Source: Mobula hypostoma (lineage: Eukaryota). Taken from it: DNA of 64,000 nucleotides. Below the pieces are notes generated by a model that worked only from the letters and a program-made list of their open reading frames with translations, searched no databases and was not told the origin of the DNA. The stretch spans positions 13,270,001-13,334,000 of the forward strand of contig NC_086109.1 of NCBI RefSeq assembly GCF_963921235.1. The letters run 5' to 3'. This document shows positions 36,871-49,278 of the stretch, one piece after another (the stretch's first letter is position 1; the number at the start of each line of letters is the position of its first letter). Position numbers and translations under genes: made by a program.

Positions 36871-39800
36871 AATTTTATAAGCTTTTTCATCCCAGACCAT
36901 GATACAACCAGTCAGGATACTCACCACTATGCACCTATAGTGATTTATCAAGGTTTTAGATGACATACTGAATCTGCACAAACTTTATGTAAGTAGGGTG
37001 CTGTTATGCCTTCTTTGTAATGATACTTAATGTGCTAGGCCTGGGGCTGCTCCTGCTAAGCAAGTGTTGCTTGAAGGCGATGACAAACACAGCCTCATCG
37101 CTTTGCTATCTGGGCAGCAAAGTGTTTGACTAAGCAGATCTAATGACTTACTGTTTCAGACTTTCAGATGTGTCAACGAATATAGCAAGGGGTTTGGTTC
37201 CCAAATTCCCTCAGCTAATGACTAAGTCCAGAATTGAGCTTCACTTGTCTGTAGCTAATTCTTTTCATTCCATATTATTGCCAGAAACCATCACAAGATG
37301 ATAATCATGTGGTTTCTGCACTTTGGTGAAGTACTGTAGCAGCAAAACCCATGTCATTGTAATTACCTTCCCATTGACGGGACAGAACCCAGCTTAATAC
37401 ATCCCAAAAAGCAGACTAGATAGAGGCCGTTTCAGCACAAAGGCCCTCGTGGCCACCATCAGTGGTGAACTTGAGACACAAGTCTTGTATCAGTCTATTA
37501 ATGGGATGACGCAGTAGCATGTCGGTTAGCATGATATCACAGTGCCAGCAATACCGGTTCATTTCCAGTTGCTATCTGGAAGACATTCTCTCGTGTCCAT
37601 GTGGGGTTCCACTGAGTGCCCCAGTTTCCTCCCATGTTCTAAAGGCATACCGGTTATTAAGTTAAATGGTCATATAAGAGTAATTGAGCGAGGTGGACTT
37701 GTTGGGCCAGAAGAGCCTGGTACCATGCAGTGGCTCTCACTAAAAAATAATAAATAATTCAAAAGGTGGTATAATCAGGAATAAAAACAGAAAATGGTGG
37801 AAATTTTCAGTGGGTCAGGTAATGTTCATGGAGATATCATTGACTTGAAGCATGGAATTCAAGAGATATATAGATTAGGGCTATAGCAGTGCCAGAAACA
37901 TGGTGACATTGTGTTGGTCATTGATGCAAATAGAGCATTTCACTGTATGTTTCAATGCACAGGTGACAAATAAAGATCTTAAAATCATTGTGCTGCTGCC
38001 GCAAAGTTAGCAAATTTCACGGCATATGCTGGTGGTGTTAAACGATTCTGATCCTGAAGTTATAGTATATTGAAGTTATACTGGGGTAGTACGCACGACC
38101 CCAGGGGTCCACATGAGTGGGAACAATACTACTGGTTTTACAATGTATTCTAACACTACTTAATGCATCAACCACGAATGTACAAATTACAAGACTTTGC
38201 ACAGATTACAAAGTACATTGATTATCAATGCATACAATATACAATCTCGATATTCATCTCCGTACAGGCAGTCACAAAACAAAGAAACCCAATGGAACCG
38301 ATTCAGAAAAAAAGATTGTCAAACACCCAATGTGCAGAAAAGAAAACAAATCGTGCAAATAATAATAAGCAAATAACATTCAGAACTGACGACAATGCAG
38401 ATGAGTCCACAGCCATGAAGCCCGTCACAGCCAATCCAGGAGCCCATTAAGTGCAGGCCACAGCCTTATTTCAGTGCAGAGACAAGTAAACCTCGAGAGC
38501 AGTGAGCTGAACACTGGCCCCAATACTATGACCTTTTCAATCTGGCCCGGTGCTTAAATCAGTGAAACAGCAGGTCATTCCTCGTTCTTGGATCTGGGCC
38601 CTGCCACTTTGATATGCTCTCGTGCTTGGGACCCGCCACCTCGATCCTGCCCGTACTCAACCTTTGCAATCTGACCGGGCACTTGAATCAGTCGAGCATC
38701 GGCTTCTTCCCGCTCTCAGGCCTGAGACCTGCCGTCTTGATTTGGCCATACATGCCATGCTACAACCATCCTGCACTTTCAAGACCCCAGTTCACAATGC
38801 AAAAATGCCAGGACATACAGACGGTTTAAATCTCAACTCTGAAGTTACAGACAATTGATTGCAATGATCATTTTCCAAAAACAGTGTGATTAATAAAGTA
38901 GCTAGTAGTTTTGTTTGCTTCCAATGAATCACTGAGTTTCACCAGTACCACCTTAAATATTTATTCAGTCCTGAAGAAGGGTTCAGCCGGAAACATTGAC
39001 TGTTTACTCTTTTCCATAGATATTGCCTAGCCTACCGAGTTCCTCCAGCATTTAAACTTGAATAATGGTTAGCACAACGCTTTACAGTGCACGTGATCCA
39101 GGTTCAATTCCTGATGCTGCCCGTAAGGAGTTTGTACATTCTCCCCGTGATCACGTAGGTTTCCTCTGGGTGCTCCGGTTTCCTCCCACAGTCCAAAGAT
39201 GTACCAGTTGGTAGGTTCATTGGTCATTGTGAACTGTCCCACGACTAGGCTGGGGTTAAATCGGTGGGTTGCTGTGGGACGGCTCCAAGTGCCTCACGAG
39301 CCTATTCCATGCTGTATCTCAATAAATAAACATAATTGCTTTAAGGCTTTCTCTCCACTGCCCTCTGGAGTGCTTCCTCCTTCACTTTCTCCCATGATCC
39401 ACTCTCACATCACTTCATTTCTTGCACCTATAACCTCCAAGCTTTGCACTTCAACCCCCCCACTCCCCTGCCACCCACCTGGTCTCACCGATCACCTTCC
39501 AGGTTGTACTCCCCTCCCTCGCTCCACCTTCTTATTCTAGCTTCTTCCCCCTTCATTTCTGGACCAGATGAAAGGTCTCTGCTCAAAGCATTAACTCTTT
39601 ATTCCTTTCCAGAACTTCTGTCTGACCTGCTGAGTTCCTCCGCATTTTCTGTGTTACTCCGGATTTCCAGAATCTGCAGAATCTCTTGTATTTATTATTT
39701 TAAGTATTCGCAAAAACTCTTTAACATATTTCCGCAGTGACCTCCTAATCATCAAATCTCTGTTTCTAATAGATATTGGCTTCAACTCCAATATTTTGTT

Positions 39801-40544
39801 TGTGAAGTGAAATTAAAGATAGCTTTAATTTCGCTTCACCATAAGCTTTAATGTTCACATCCAAATGGCTTCCTCTCTAGGGCTCAGAAATCATTTAATA
39901 AGCATATGTTAATGATACATCAAACAGGGTTGCAACCAGGGTACATTGCAATCTCATCGGCTGTAAAAAAAGAAAAATCACATACAATCCTGAGGTTCTT
40001 TTCTCCTGTAGACATACTCAGCAAATCTGTAGAATTGTAACCATAAACTGGATTAATGAAAGAGTAAATAGAGCATAGAAGACAACAAACTGTGCAAATA
40101 TAAATAAATAGCAATAAATACTGAGAGCATAAAATACCGTAAAAAGATGGAGTCCTTAAAATGAGATCATTGGTTGTGGGAACATCTCAATGGACGAGTG
40201 TAGTTATCCTCTTTTGTTCAAGAGCCTGATGGTTGAGGGGTAGTAACTGTTCCTGAACCTGGTGGTGCGAGTCCTGAGGCTCCTGTACTTTCCACCTGAT
40301 GGCAGCAGCAAAAAAAGAGCAAGGCCTGGGTGATGAGGATCTTTGATGGTGGATGCTGCTTTCCTACAACAATGTTTCATGTAGAGGCGCTCAGTGCTTG
40401 GGAGGGCTTTACCCATGATCTACTGGGCCAAATCCACTCCCCATCATAGGATTTTCCATTCAAAGGCATTGGTGCTCCCCGTACCAGGCCATAATGCAGC
40501 CAGTCAATACACTTACCACTACATATCTATAGAATTTTTTTTTA

Positions 40545-41175
40545 AGATTATGAGGACACGCAGTCCTCTTTTATTGTCATTTAGTAATACATGCATTAAG
40601 AAATGATACAATGTTTTTCTAGAATGATATCACAGAAACACATGACAAACCGACTTAAAAACTGACACAAACCACATAATTATAACATATAGTTACAATA
40701 GTGCAAAGCAATACCATAACTTGATAAGAACAGACCATGGCATGGTAAAAGTCTCAAGATCTCTCGAAAGTCCCATCATCTCACGCAGACAGTGAACCTC
40801 CAGCGCCGCAAACTTGCCGATGCAGCATCCTGGAAGCATCCGACCACAGTACAACTCCGAGTCCGTCCGAAAACTCCAAGCCTCTGACCAGCTCTCCGAC
40901 ACCGAGCACCGAGCACCATCTCTGCCGAGAGCTTTGACCCCAGACCCGGCAATAGGCAGTAGGCAAAGCCGAGGGTTTGGGGCCTGTCCCTCCGGAGATT
41001 CTTGATCGCACAGTAGCAGCGGCAGCGAAGGGGGCATTTCAGAAGTTTCTCCAGATGTTCCTCCGTGCTTCTCACGGCTCCAATCCGGATTGTGCACAGC
41101 CCCCTAGTTAACACATACGATATCATTCGGAACGGCCACGCATGCTGCATCGTGCTGCCATCTTCTCCTTCCTCC
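40545..41175 (-). mobile_element. ORF-less putative non-autonomous retroelement inserted in a Rex1-like fragment
   Basis: Minus strand starts 'agaagatggcag', is CpG-rich and ends 'taaatgacaataaaagaggactgcgtgtcctcataatc'; Rex-like sequence on both sides. Confidence 0.45.
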
Positions 41176-41805
41176 TTTAGCAAAGTTTGTTTGGCAAAGT
41201 TTTTGATGTTATACCAAATCTCCGAGGAAGTAGAGGCACTGTCGTACTTTCTTTGCAATTCCATTTATATGATGGGTCCATGAGAGGTCCTCTGATCTAG
41301 TGACACCCAGGAATTTAAAGTTACTGATCCTCTCCACCTGTGATTCTCCGATGAGTACTGGCTCATGGACCTCTGGTTTCCCTTTCCTGAAGTCTACAGT
41401 CAGTTTTTTGCTCTCATTGATATTGAGACATTGTTGTTATGACACTACTCAGCCAAATTTTCAATCTCCCTCCTGTATGCTGACTCATCACCACCTTTGA
41501 TATGGCCCACCACAGTGGTGTCATCAGTGAACTTGAACATGGCGTTGGAGCTGCACTTAGCCACACAGTCAGAGTGTAAAGTGAGTAGAGCGGAAGGCTA
41601 AACACATATCCCCGTGGTGCTTCTGTGCTAATGGAGATTGTGGAGGACATGTTTTTGCCATTCCAAACTGACTGGAGTCTGCAAGTGAGTAATTGCAGGA
41701 TCAAATTGCACAAGCGGGTATTGAGGCCCTCGTCTTGGAGGTCACCGAATAGCTTTGAGGGAATGATGATATTAAATGCTGAGCTGTAATCAATAAAGAG
41801 CATCA

Positions 41806-42933
41806 CGGTATTGGGGGTAAGGTATTGGTGTGGGTGGAGAATTGGTTAGCAGACAGGAAGCAAAGAGTGGGAATAAACGGGACCTTTTCAGAATGGCAGG
41901 CGGTGACTAGTGGGGTACCGCAAGGCTCAGTGCTGGGACCCCAGTTGTTTACAATATATATTAATGACTTGGATGAGGGAATTAAATGCGGCATCTCCAA
42001 GTTTGCGGATGACACGAAGCTGGGTGGCAGTGTTAGCAGTGAGGAGGATGCTAAGAGGATGCAGGGTGACTTGGATAGGTTGGGTGAGTGGGCAAACTCA
42101 TGGCAGATGCAATTTAATGTGGATAAATGTGAAGTTATCCACTTTGGTGGCAAAAATAGGAAAACAGATTATTATCTGAATGGTGGCCGATTAGGAAAAG
42201 GGGAGGTGCAACGAGACCTGGGTGTCATTATACACCAGTCATTGAAAGTGGGCATGCAGGTACAGCAGGCGGTGAAAAAGGCGAACGGTATGCTGGCATT
42301 TATAGCGAGAGGATTCGAGTACAGGAGCAGGGAGGTACTACTGCAGTTGTACAAGGCCTTGGTGAGACCACACCTGGAGTATTGTGTGCAGTTTTGGTCC
42401 CCTAATCTGAGGAAAGACATCTTTGCCATAGAGGGAGTACAAAGAAGGTTCACCAGATTGATTCCTGGGATGGCAGGTCTTTCATATGAAGAAAGACTGG
42501 ATGAACTGGGCTTGTACTCGTTGGAATTTAGAAGATTGAGGGGGGATCTGATTGAAACGTATAAGATCCTAAAGGGATTGGACAGGCTAGATGCAGGAAG
42601 ATTGTTCCCGATGTTGGGGAGGTCTAGAACGAGGGGTCACAGTTTGAGGATAGAGGGGAAGCCTTTTAGGACCGAGGTTAGGAAAAACTTCTTCACACAG
42701 AGAGTGGTGAATCTGTGGAATTCTCTGCCACAGCAAACTGTTGAGGCCAGTTCATTAGCTATGTTTAAAAGGAAGTTAGATATGGCCCTTGTGGCTACAG
42801 GGGTCAGGGGGTATGGAGGGAAGGCTGGGTTCTGAGTTGGATGATCAGCCATGATCATAATAAATGGCGGTGCAGGCCCATTCGGGCCGAATGGCCTACT
42901 CCTGCACCTATTTTCTATGTTTCTATGTTTCTA
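41806..42933 (+). mobile_element. Young 5'-truncated CR1 LINE; uninterrupted 336-aa RT C-terminal ORF (41825-42835)
   Basis: SGVPQGSVLGP, KFADD, LVRPHLEYC, TRGH; (TTCTATGT)n tail. Confidence 0.92.
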
Positions 42934-43249
42934 TCAATGCCATACCATGTGAATGTGCCTTCAGGGCAGGGTGGATCTCATGAGAATGTACAGCACATCT
43001 GATTCAGAGAAAATCCCAAAATGTCCCCAGCTCTGGAATATCCATGATCATCAGGGATTCTCGATCACTAGCCTAGTCCATTATCCAGGGAATTCCCAGC
43101 CAGGAATTTTTTTTTCCCCCCAGCCTTCTGTGAATCCCCTGCTGGTGTAATTTCCAAGACAGTGACTGCACTTCACCAAATATTTGTCACTGGAAGTTAG
43201 TTCATCTGTCTATGACAACAGCTTTCAAATATGCAGTACATTTAATAGA

Positions 43250-46200
43250 ACATAGAACAGAACAGCACAGTAAAGATACTTGGCCCACGATGTTATGCCA
43301 AACCTTTAACCCAATCTAACCCTTCTACTCACACAGCACTCCACTTTTTTTCCATCCATGTGCATATCTAAAAGTTTCCTATTTCTCCCTAATGTATCAG
43401 CCACTACCGCCATCCCTGGCAGTGTAATTCCCCCCTCCCCCCAGTGGCCCCTCCATACTTCTCTCTGAACACCTTAAAATTACAATTCAGTTTCATTTAT
43501 TTATTGATGGAATGTACATTGGGACATGCGTTCACTATTTATATTGGGTCCACTTTGGTTCCATATCTCTATCTGGACCACCCCAGTGTTTGTACTGGGA
43601 CTTTCCCAGGTACCACATTTACACCCAGCAGACTGCTGATATACAAAGACTACCCCTACAACTGTGATCACTTATGGTACCATGTTTATGCCCCAATGTA
43701 TTTGCCATTTCCGCCCCAGGAAAAAGTCTCTGGCTGTCCTCTCAATCTATGCCTCTTATCATCTTGCACACCTCTATTAAGTTGCCTTTCACCTTCCCTT
43801 GCTGCAAAGAGAAAAGCCCTAGCTCATTCAATCTCTCCATAGGAGACATTCTTATCATTCCTGGAATAATTGTCATGAATTTCCTCTGAACCTTTTCCAA
43901 TGTCAGCACATACTTTCTTAGATAAGGAGCCCATAACTGCTTACAATACTCCAACTGGGGGCTCACTAGTGCCTTAAAAAGCCTCAGTATTAAATCTTTG
44001 CTTTTATATTCTAATCCTCTCAATATGAATGCTAACATTGCTTTTGCCTTCCTTACCACTGACTCAACCTGCAAGTTAACCTTCAAGGATTCCTGCAAAA
44101 GGACTCTCAAGTCACTTTGCACCTCCAAGTTTTGAATTTTCAGCATGCTTAGAAAACAGTCTTTTTTTCTTTCTAGCAAAGTGCATGACCATATTCATTC
44201 CGACACATTATTCCATCTGCCACATCTTTGCCCATTTTCCTAATCTGTCTAGGTCCTTCTGCAGACTCCCTGTTTCCTCAACACTGCCAGTCTCTCCACC
44301 TATCTTCATATTGTCCACAAACATGGCCCCAAAGCCATCAATTCCATTATCTAAATCAATGACATATAACGTAAAAAGAAGCGGTCCCACAGCGACCCCT
44401 GTGAAACAGCACTAGTCACCAGCAGCAAACCAGGAAAGGTGCCCTTTAGTCATAGCCATACTTTATTGATCCCCAGGGAAATTGGCTTTTGTTACAGTTG
44501 CACCATAAATAATAAATAGTAATAGAACCATAAATAATTAAATAGTAATATGTAAATTATGCCAATAAATTATGAAATAAGTCCAGGACCAGCCTATTGG
44601 CTCAGGGTGTCTGACCCTCCAAGGGAGGAGTTGTAAAGTTTGATAGCCACAGGCAGGAATGACTTCCTATGACGCTCTGTCTTGCATCTCGGTGGAATGA
44701 GTCTCTGGCTGAATGTACTCCTGTGCCCACCCAGTACATTATGTAGTGGATGGGAGAGATTGACCAAGATGGCATGCAACTTAGACAGCATCCTCTTTTC
44801 AGACACCACATTCAGAGAGTCCAGTTCCATCCCCACAACATCACTGGCCTTACGAATGAGTTTGTTGATTCTGTTGGTGTCTGCTACCCTCAGCCTGTTG
44901 CCCCAGTGCACAACAGCAAACATAGCACTGGCCACCATAGACTCATAGAACATCCTTAGCATCATCCGGCAGATGTTAAAGGACCTCAGTCTCCTCAGGA
45001 AATAGAGACGGCTCTGACCCTTCTTGTAGACAGCCTCAGTGTTCTTTGACCAGTCCAGTTTATTGTCAATTCATATCCCCAGGTATTTGTAATCCTCCAC
45101 CATGTCCACACTAACCCCATGGATGGAAACAGGGGTCACCGGTACCATAGCACTCCTCAGGTCTGCCACCAGCTCCTTAGTCTTTTTCACATTAAGCTGC
45201 AGTTCCCACTGTATTCCCACTCTTTGCCTCCTGTCAATCAGCCAATGCTCCATCCATGCTAGTACCTTTCCTGTAATGCCACGGGCTCTTATCTTGTTAA
45301 GCAGACTTATGTATGGTACTTTGTCAAAGGCCATCTGAAAATCCAAGTACACAACATCCACCAATTCTCCTTTGTCTATCCTGCTTGGAATTTCCTCAAA
45401 AATTCCAACAGATTTGTCAGGCCTATTTTATCATGTGACTCCAAGTACCCTAAGAGCTTATCCTTAACAATTGACTCCAACATCTTCCCAGCTACTGAAG
45501 TCAGACAAACTCCGCTATTATTTCCTCTCTTCTGCTTCTCTCCCTTCTTGACGAGTGGAATGGCATTTGTAATTTTCCATTCGTCCGGAACCATGCCAGA
45601 TTCAATTGATTCTTGAAAGATCATTACTAGTGCCTCCACAATCACTTCAGCCCCCACATTCAGAACCCTGGGGTGTAGTCCATCTGGTCTGAGACTTATC
45701 CACCTTCAGACCTTTCAGCTTCCCAGCCACTTTCTCCCAGTGATAGCAATTTCACTCATTTCTGCCCTCTGACCCTCTTGAACTTCTGGCATACTGCTAG
45801 TTTATGCCTCAGTGTAGATGAATGCAAAATATTTATTTAGTTCATCCGCTATTTCCTTGTCCCCCATTACTATCTCTCCAGTGTCATTTTCCAGCAGTCT
45901 GATATCTACTTTCACCTCTCTTACTCTTTATCTATCTTAAACACAACTTCTGGTATCCTTTTTGATATTACAAGAAAACGTTTATCAGGCTACCAGCCAG
46001 GTACAGATCATACTAATACAACTGACTTTAGCTTCTCCCTCTCAAATTGCAGGATGAAGTCTATCATATTAAGATCACTGCCTCCTAAGGGTTCCTTTAA
46101 CTTAAGCTTCCTAATCAAATCCATTTCATTACACAACACCCAATCCATAACAACCTTTCCACTAGTGGGTTTAACCACAAGTTGTTCTAAAAAGCCATCT

Positions 46201-47020
46201 CACAGGCAGTCTACAAATAACCCCTCTTGGGATTTAGCACCAACCTGATTTTCCCAATCTACTTGCATATTAAAATCCTAAATGACTGCTGTAATATTGC
46301 CCTTTTGACGTGTTTTCTATTTCCCATTGTAATTTGTAGCCCACATCCTTGCTACTGTTTGGAGGCCTTGCCTTAACCTCCCATCAGCAGTGTTCCACCC
46401 TTGCAGTTTCTAAACTGTACCCACAATGATCCGATATCTTCCAATCCTATGTCACCTTTTTCTAAAGATATGATTTCATTTTTTTACCAACAGAACAACT
46501 CCACAGCCTCTGCCTACCTGCCTGTCCTTTCGATACATGGTGTATCCTTGGATGTTGAGCTCCCAACTATCATCTTCTTTCAGCCATGACTCAGTGATGC
46601 TCACATCATACCTACCAACCTCTAACTGTGCTACAAGATCAAGGAGTCAAGGGATATGGGGAGAAGGCAGGAATGGGGTACTGATTGTGGGTGATCAGCC
46701 ATGATCACAGTGGATGGTGGTGCTGGCTCAAAGGGCCAAATGGCCTACTCATGCACCTATTGTCTATTGTCTATCATCTACTTTATTCCATATACTGCAT
46801 GCATTAAAGTATACAGTAACACCTTCAATCCTGTATTCGTCTCTGTTTTTGATTTTGTTCCCATGTTACACTTCAACTCATCCCACTGACTGCAATTTTG
46901 CCCTATCATCTGCCTGTCCTTCCTAACAGCCTCAGTGCACACTGCATCTAGCTCTATACCAACTGCTCCATCCTCAGCCCTATCGCTCTGGTTCCCATCC
47001 TACTGCAAATGTCGTTTGAA
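43250..47020 (-). mobile_element. Old CR1 fragments, interrupted by Rex1 (44448-45202) and a short + strand CR1 tail (~46641-46773)
   Basis: CR1 ORF2 motifs in ORFs 43742-44179, 44208-44390, 45376-45657. Confidence 0.75.
44448..45202 (-). mobile_element. Rex1/Babar 3' fragment, same family as 1581-3231
   Basis: MMLRMFYES..SDTLSQ nearly identical to 2706-3080; same aataaagtatg tail. Confidence 0.88.
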
Positions 47021-47654
47021 GCACAGCAGCAGCTCTACTTTCTTAGGCGTCTGCGAAGGTTCAGCTTGCCATCTAAAACTTTGACAAACTTTTATAGATG
47101 CGAGGTGGAGAGTTTATTGACTGATTGCATCACCGCCTGGTATGGAACTACCAATGCCCTTAGACAGAAAGTCTACAACAAGTAGTGGATATGGCCAAGT
47201 CTATCATGGGGAAAGCCCTCCTCATTATTAAGTACACAGAGCGCTGTTGCAGGAAAGCAGGATCCATTATGAAGGACCACCACAACCCAGGCCAAGTTCT
47301 CTTCTCACTGCTGTCATCAAGAAGAAGGTACTCAGGACTTGCATCACCAGGTTCAAGAACAGTTATTACCCCTCAACTATCAGGCTCTTGAACCAGAGGG
47401 GATAACTTCACTCAATTTCATTTGCCCCCATCGCTGAACTGTTGCCACTAAACTGGATTTGCTAGCAAGGACTATTCCCCTCATGTTCTCAGTATTTACT
47501 GTTTATTTACTTATTATTATTGTTTTTTTTTCTCTTTCTTTTTGTATTGGGCAATTTGTTGTTTTTTTTTCCACATTGATTGTTGTCCACCTTGTTGGAT
47601 GTGGTCTTACATTGATTTTATGTATTTACTGTGATTGCCCAAGTATGTTATGTA

Positions 47655-48482
47655 GGACTAGATGTTAAATTCCCTTATTTGCACTCCTGAGATGTGTTGT
47701 CTAGACTCTGTGGGGTGGCCGAGTGAGTGGTGGCATCTCCTGGGTTATCAAGTGGGCGCCCTCTTTCCTCAGTGTTTCACTGATAGACCCCCGACACCTC
47801 CGGAGGGTTCAGCAGTGAATCCCGGCGTCCCGAGCTCACCCCCTAGATGCCTTTCACTCACTTGGGGGCCCCAGATGGAATCCTTTCTCTCCATCCAGAG
47901 CCACTGACTACCCTTTTCTGCAGCTCTGGAGAGGTCTTTGACTGCTTGTTGGTGTGTCTTCCCTCGCACTCCCAACTCCCGGAGTAGCCTTGATGCTGAT
48001 GTGGCTACAAATCCTCTGCAGCCTACTTCGACCGGTCGGACCCTTGCTTTCCAGCCACGTTGTTGCACGTGGGCAGCAAGCTCAACGTACCTCAGCTTCT
48101 TCCGTTCGTGGGCCTCCTCCACCGCATCCTCCCAGGGCACTGTAAGCTCAATGATGTAAACGAGATGGAGTGAGGCACAAGACCTGTTCTGAGGTTGGTT
48201 TCTGCGATTTCATTTGGGAAGCAGAGCCTCTGGCCTAAGTCTGCCATCATCTTCCAATCACGTGCCCTGCCTAGCCACCCGGTATCTAGTCTTCATGTAT
48301 CGAGTCTGGCTTGACCCTTGCCTTCCCGGGCAAATGCTGCTAATGGCCAGCGGGATGAAGGGGGAAGGAGAGCGTTGACACTCATCCGCCGACTTTCCAG
48401 TACTGCTGCAAGACACCGTAGCGCCTGGTTGTGCCACCAGGTGTATCGGCCTTGAGTAGGGCTGGTCTTGCAGCCCACCAGG
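47655..48482 (-). mobile_element. HERO-like (restriction-like endonuclease) non-LTR retrotransposon 3' fragment
   Basis: GRYTWWHNQAL (RHN-like), ELTVPWE..ERKKLRY, PVEVGCRGF motifs. Confidence 0.8.
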
Positions 48483-48521
48483 AAGTTTGAGGTTAATAAC
48501 CCATCCGTTAATAACTCATCA

Positions 48522-48765
48522 GGGGTGATTGATAAGCTCGTGGCCTAAGGTAGAAGGAGATGAGTTATTAACTTCAAACTTCCTGCATATTCACTCAGAG
48601 TTGGCCTGCATGTGCATGTAACGAGAGCTGTACAACTCATCTCCTTCTACCGTAGGCCACGAACTTATCAATCACCCCCGCTGTGGAGCTCCAAGATCCG
48701 TATGCTCCACGACCGCTGAGCTAAGTGCATAAATGTAGGAGGGGACTATGTTGAAAAATAAACGT
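48522..48765. mobile_element. Mariner-derived MITE with adjacent transposase C-terminal remnant
   Basis: 45-bp inverted repeats 48522-48566/48634-48678 (ggggtgattgataag..); then [12 protein letters not shown] on the + strand. Confidence 0.75.
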
Positions 48766-49278
48766 GTATGCTTGAGGTTGTTGTCTTGCTGGAAAACAAA
48801 TATTCTCCCAAGTTGCAGTTCTCTTGCAGACTGCAGCAGGTTTTCCTCCAGGATTTCCCTGTATTTTGCAGAATTCATTTTACTGCCTATCTTCACTAGC
48901 CTTCCAGGGCCTGCTGCAGTGAAGCATCCCCACAGCGTGATGCAGCCATTACCATGCTTCACGGTGGGATGGGGGTGTGTTTTTGATGATGTGAGTTGTT
49001 TGGCTAATGTGAAACATAGCATTTAGTCTGATGGCCAAAAAGCTCAATTTTAGTTTCATCAGACCATAGAACGTTCTTCCAGCTGACTTCAGAGTCTCCC
49101 ACATGCCTTCCAGCAAGCTCTAGTTGAGATTTCACGTGAGTTTTTTTTCCAACAGTAACTTTCTCTTTGTCACTCTCCCATGAAGCTGTGACTGGTGAAG
49201 CACCCGGAAACGATTGTTGTATGCACAGTCTCTCCCATCTCAGCCAATGAAGCTTGTGACTCCTCCAGAGTTACACAG

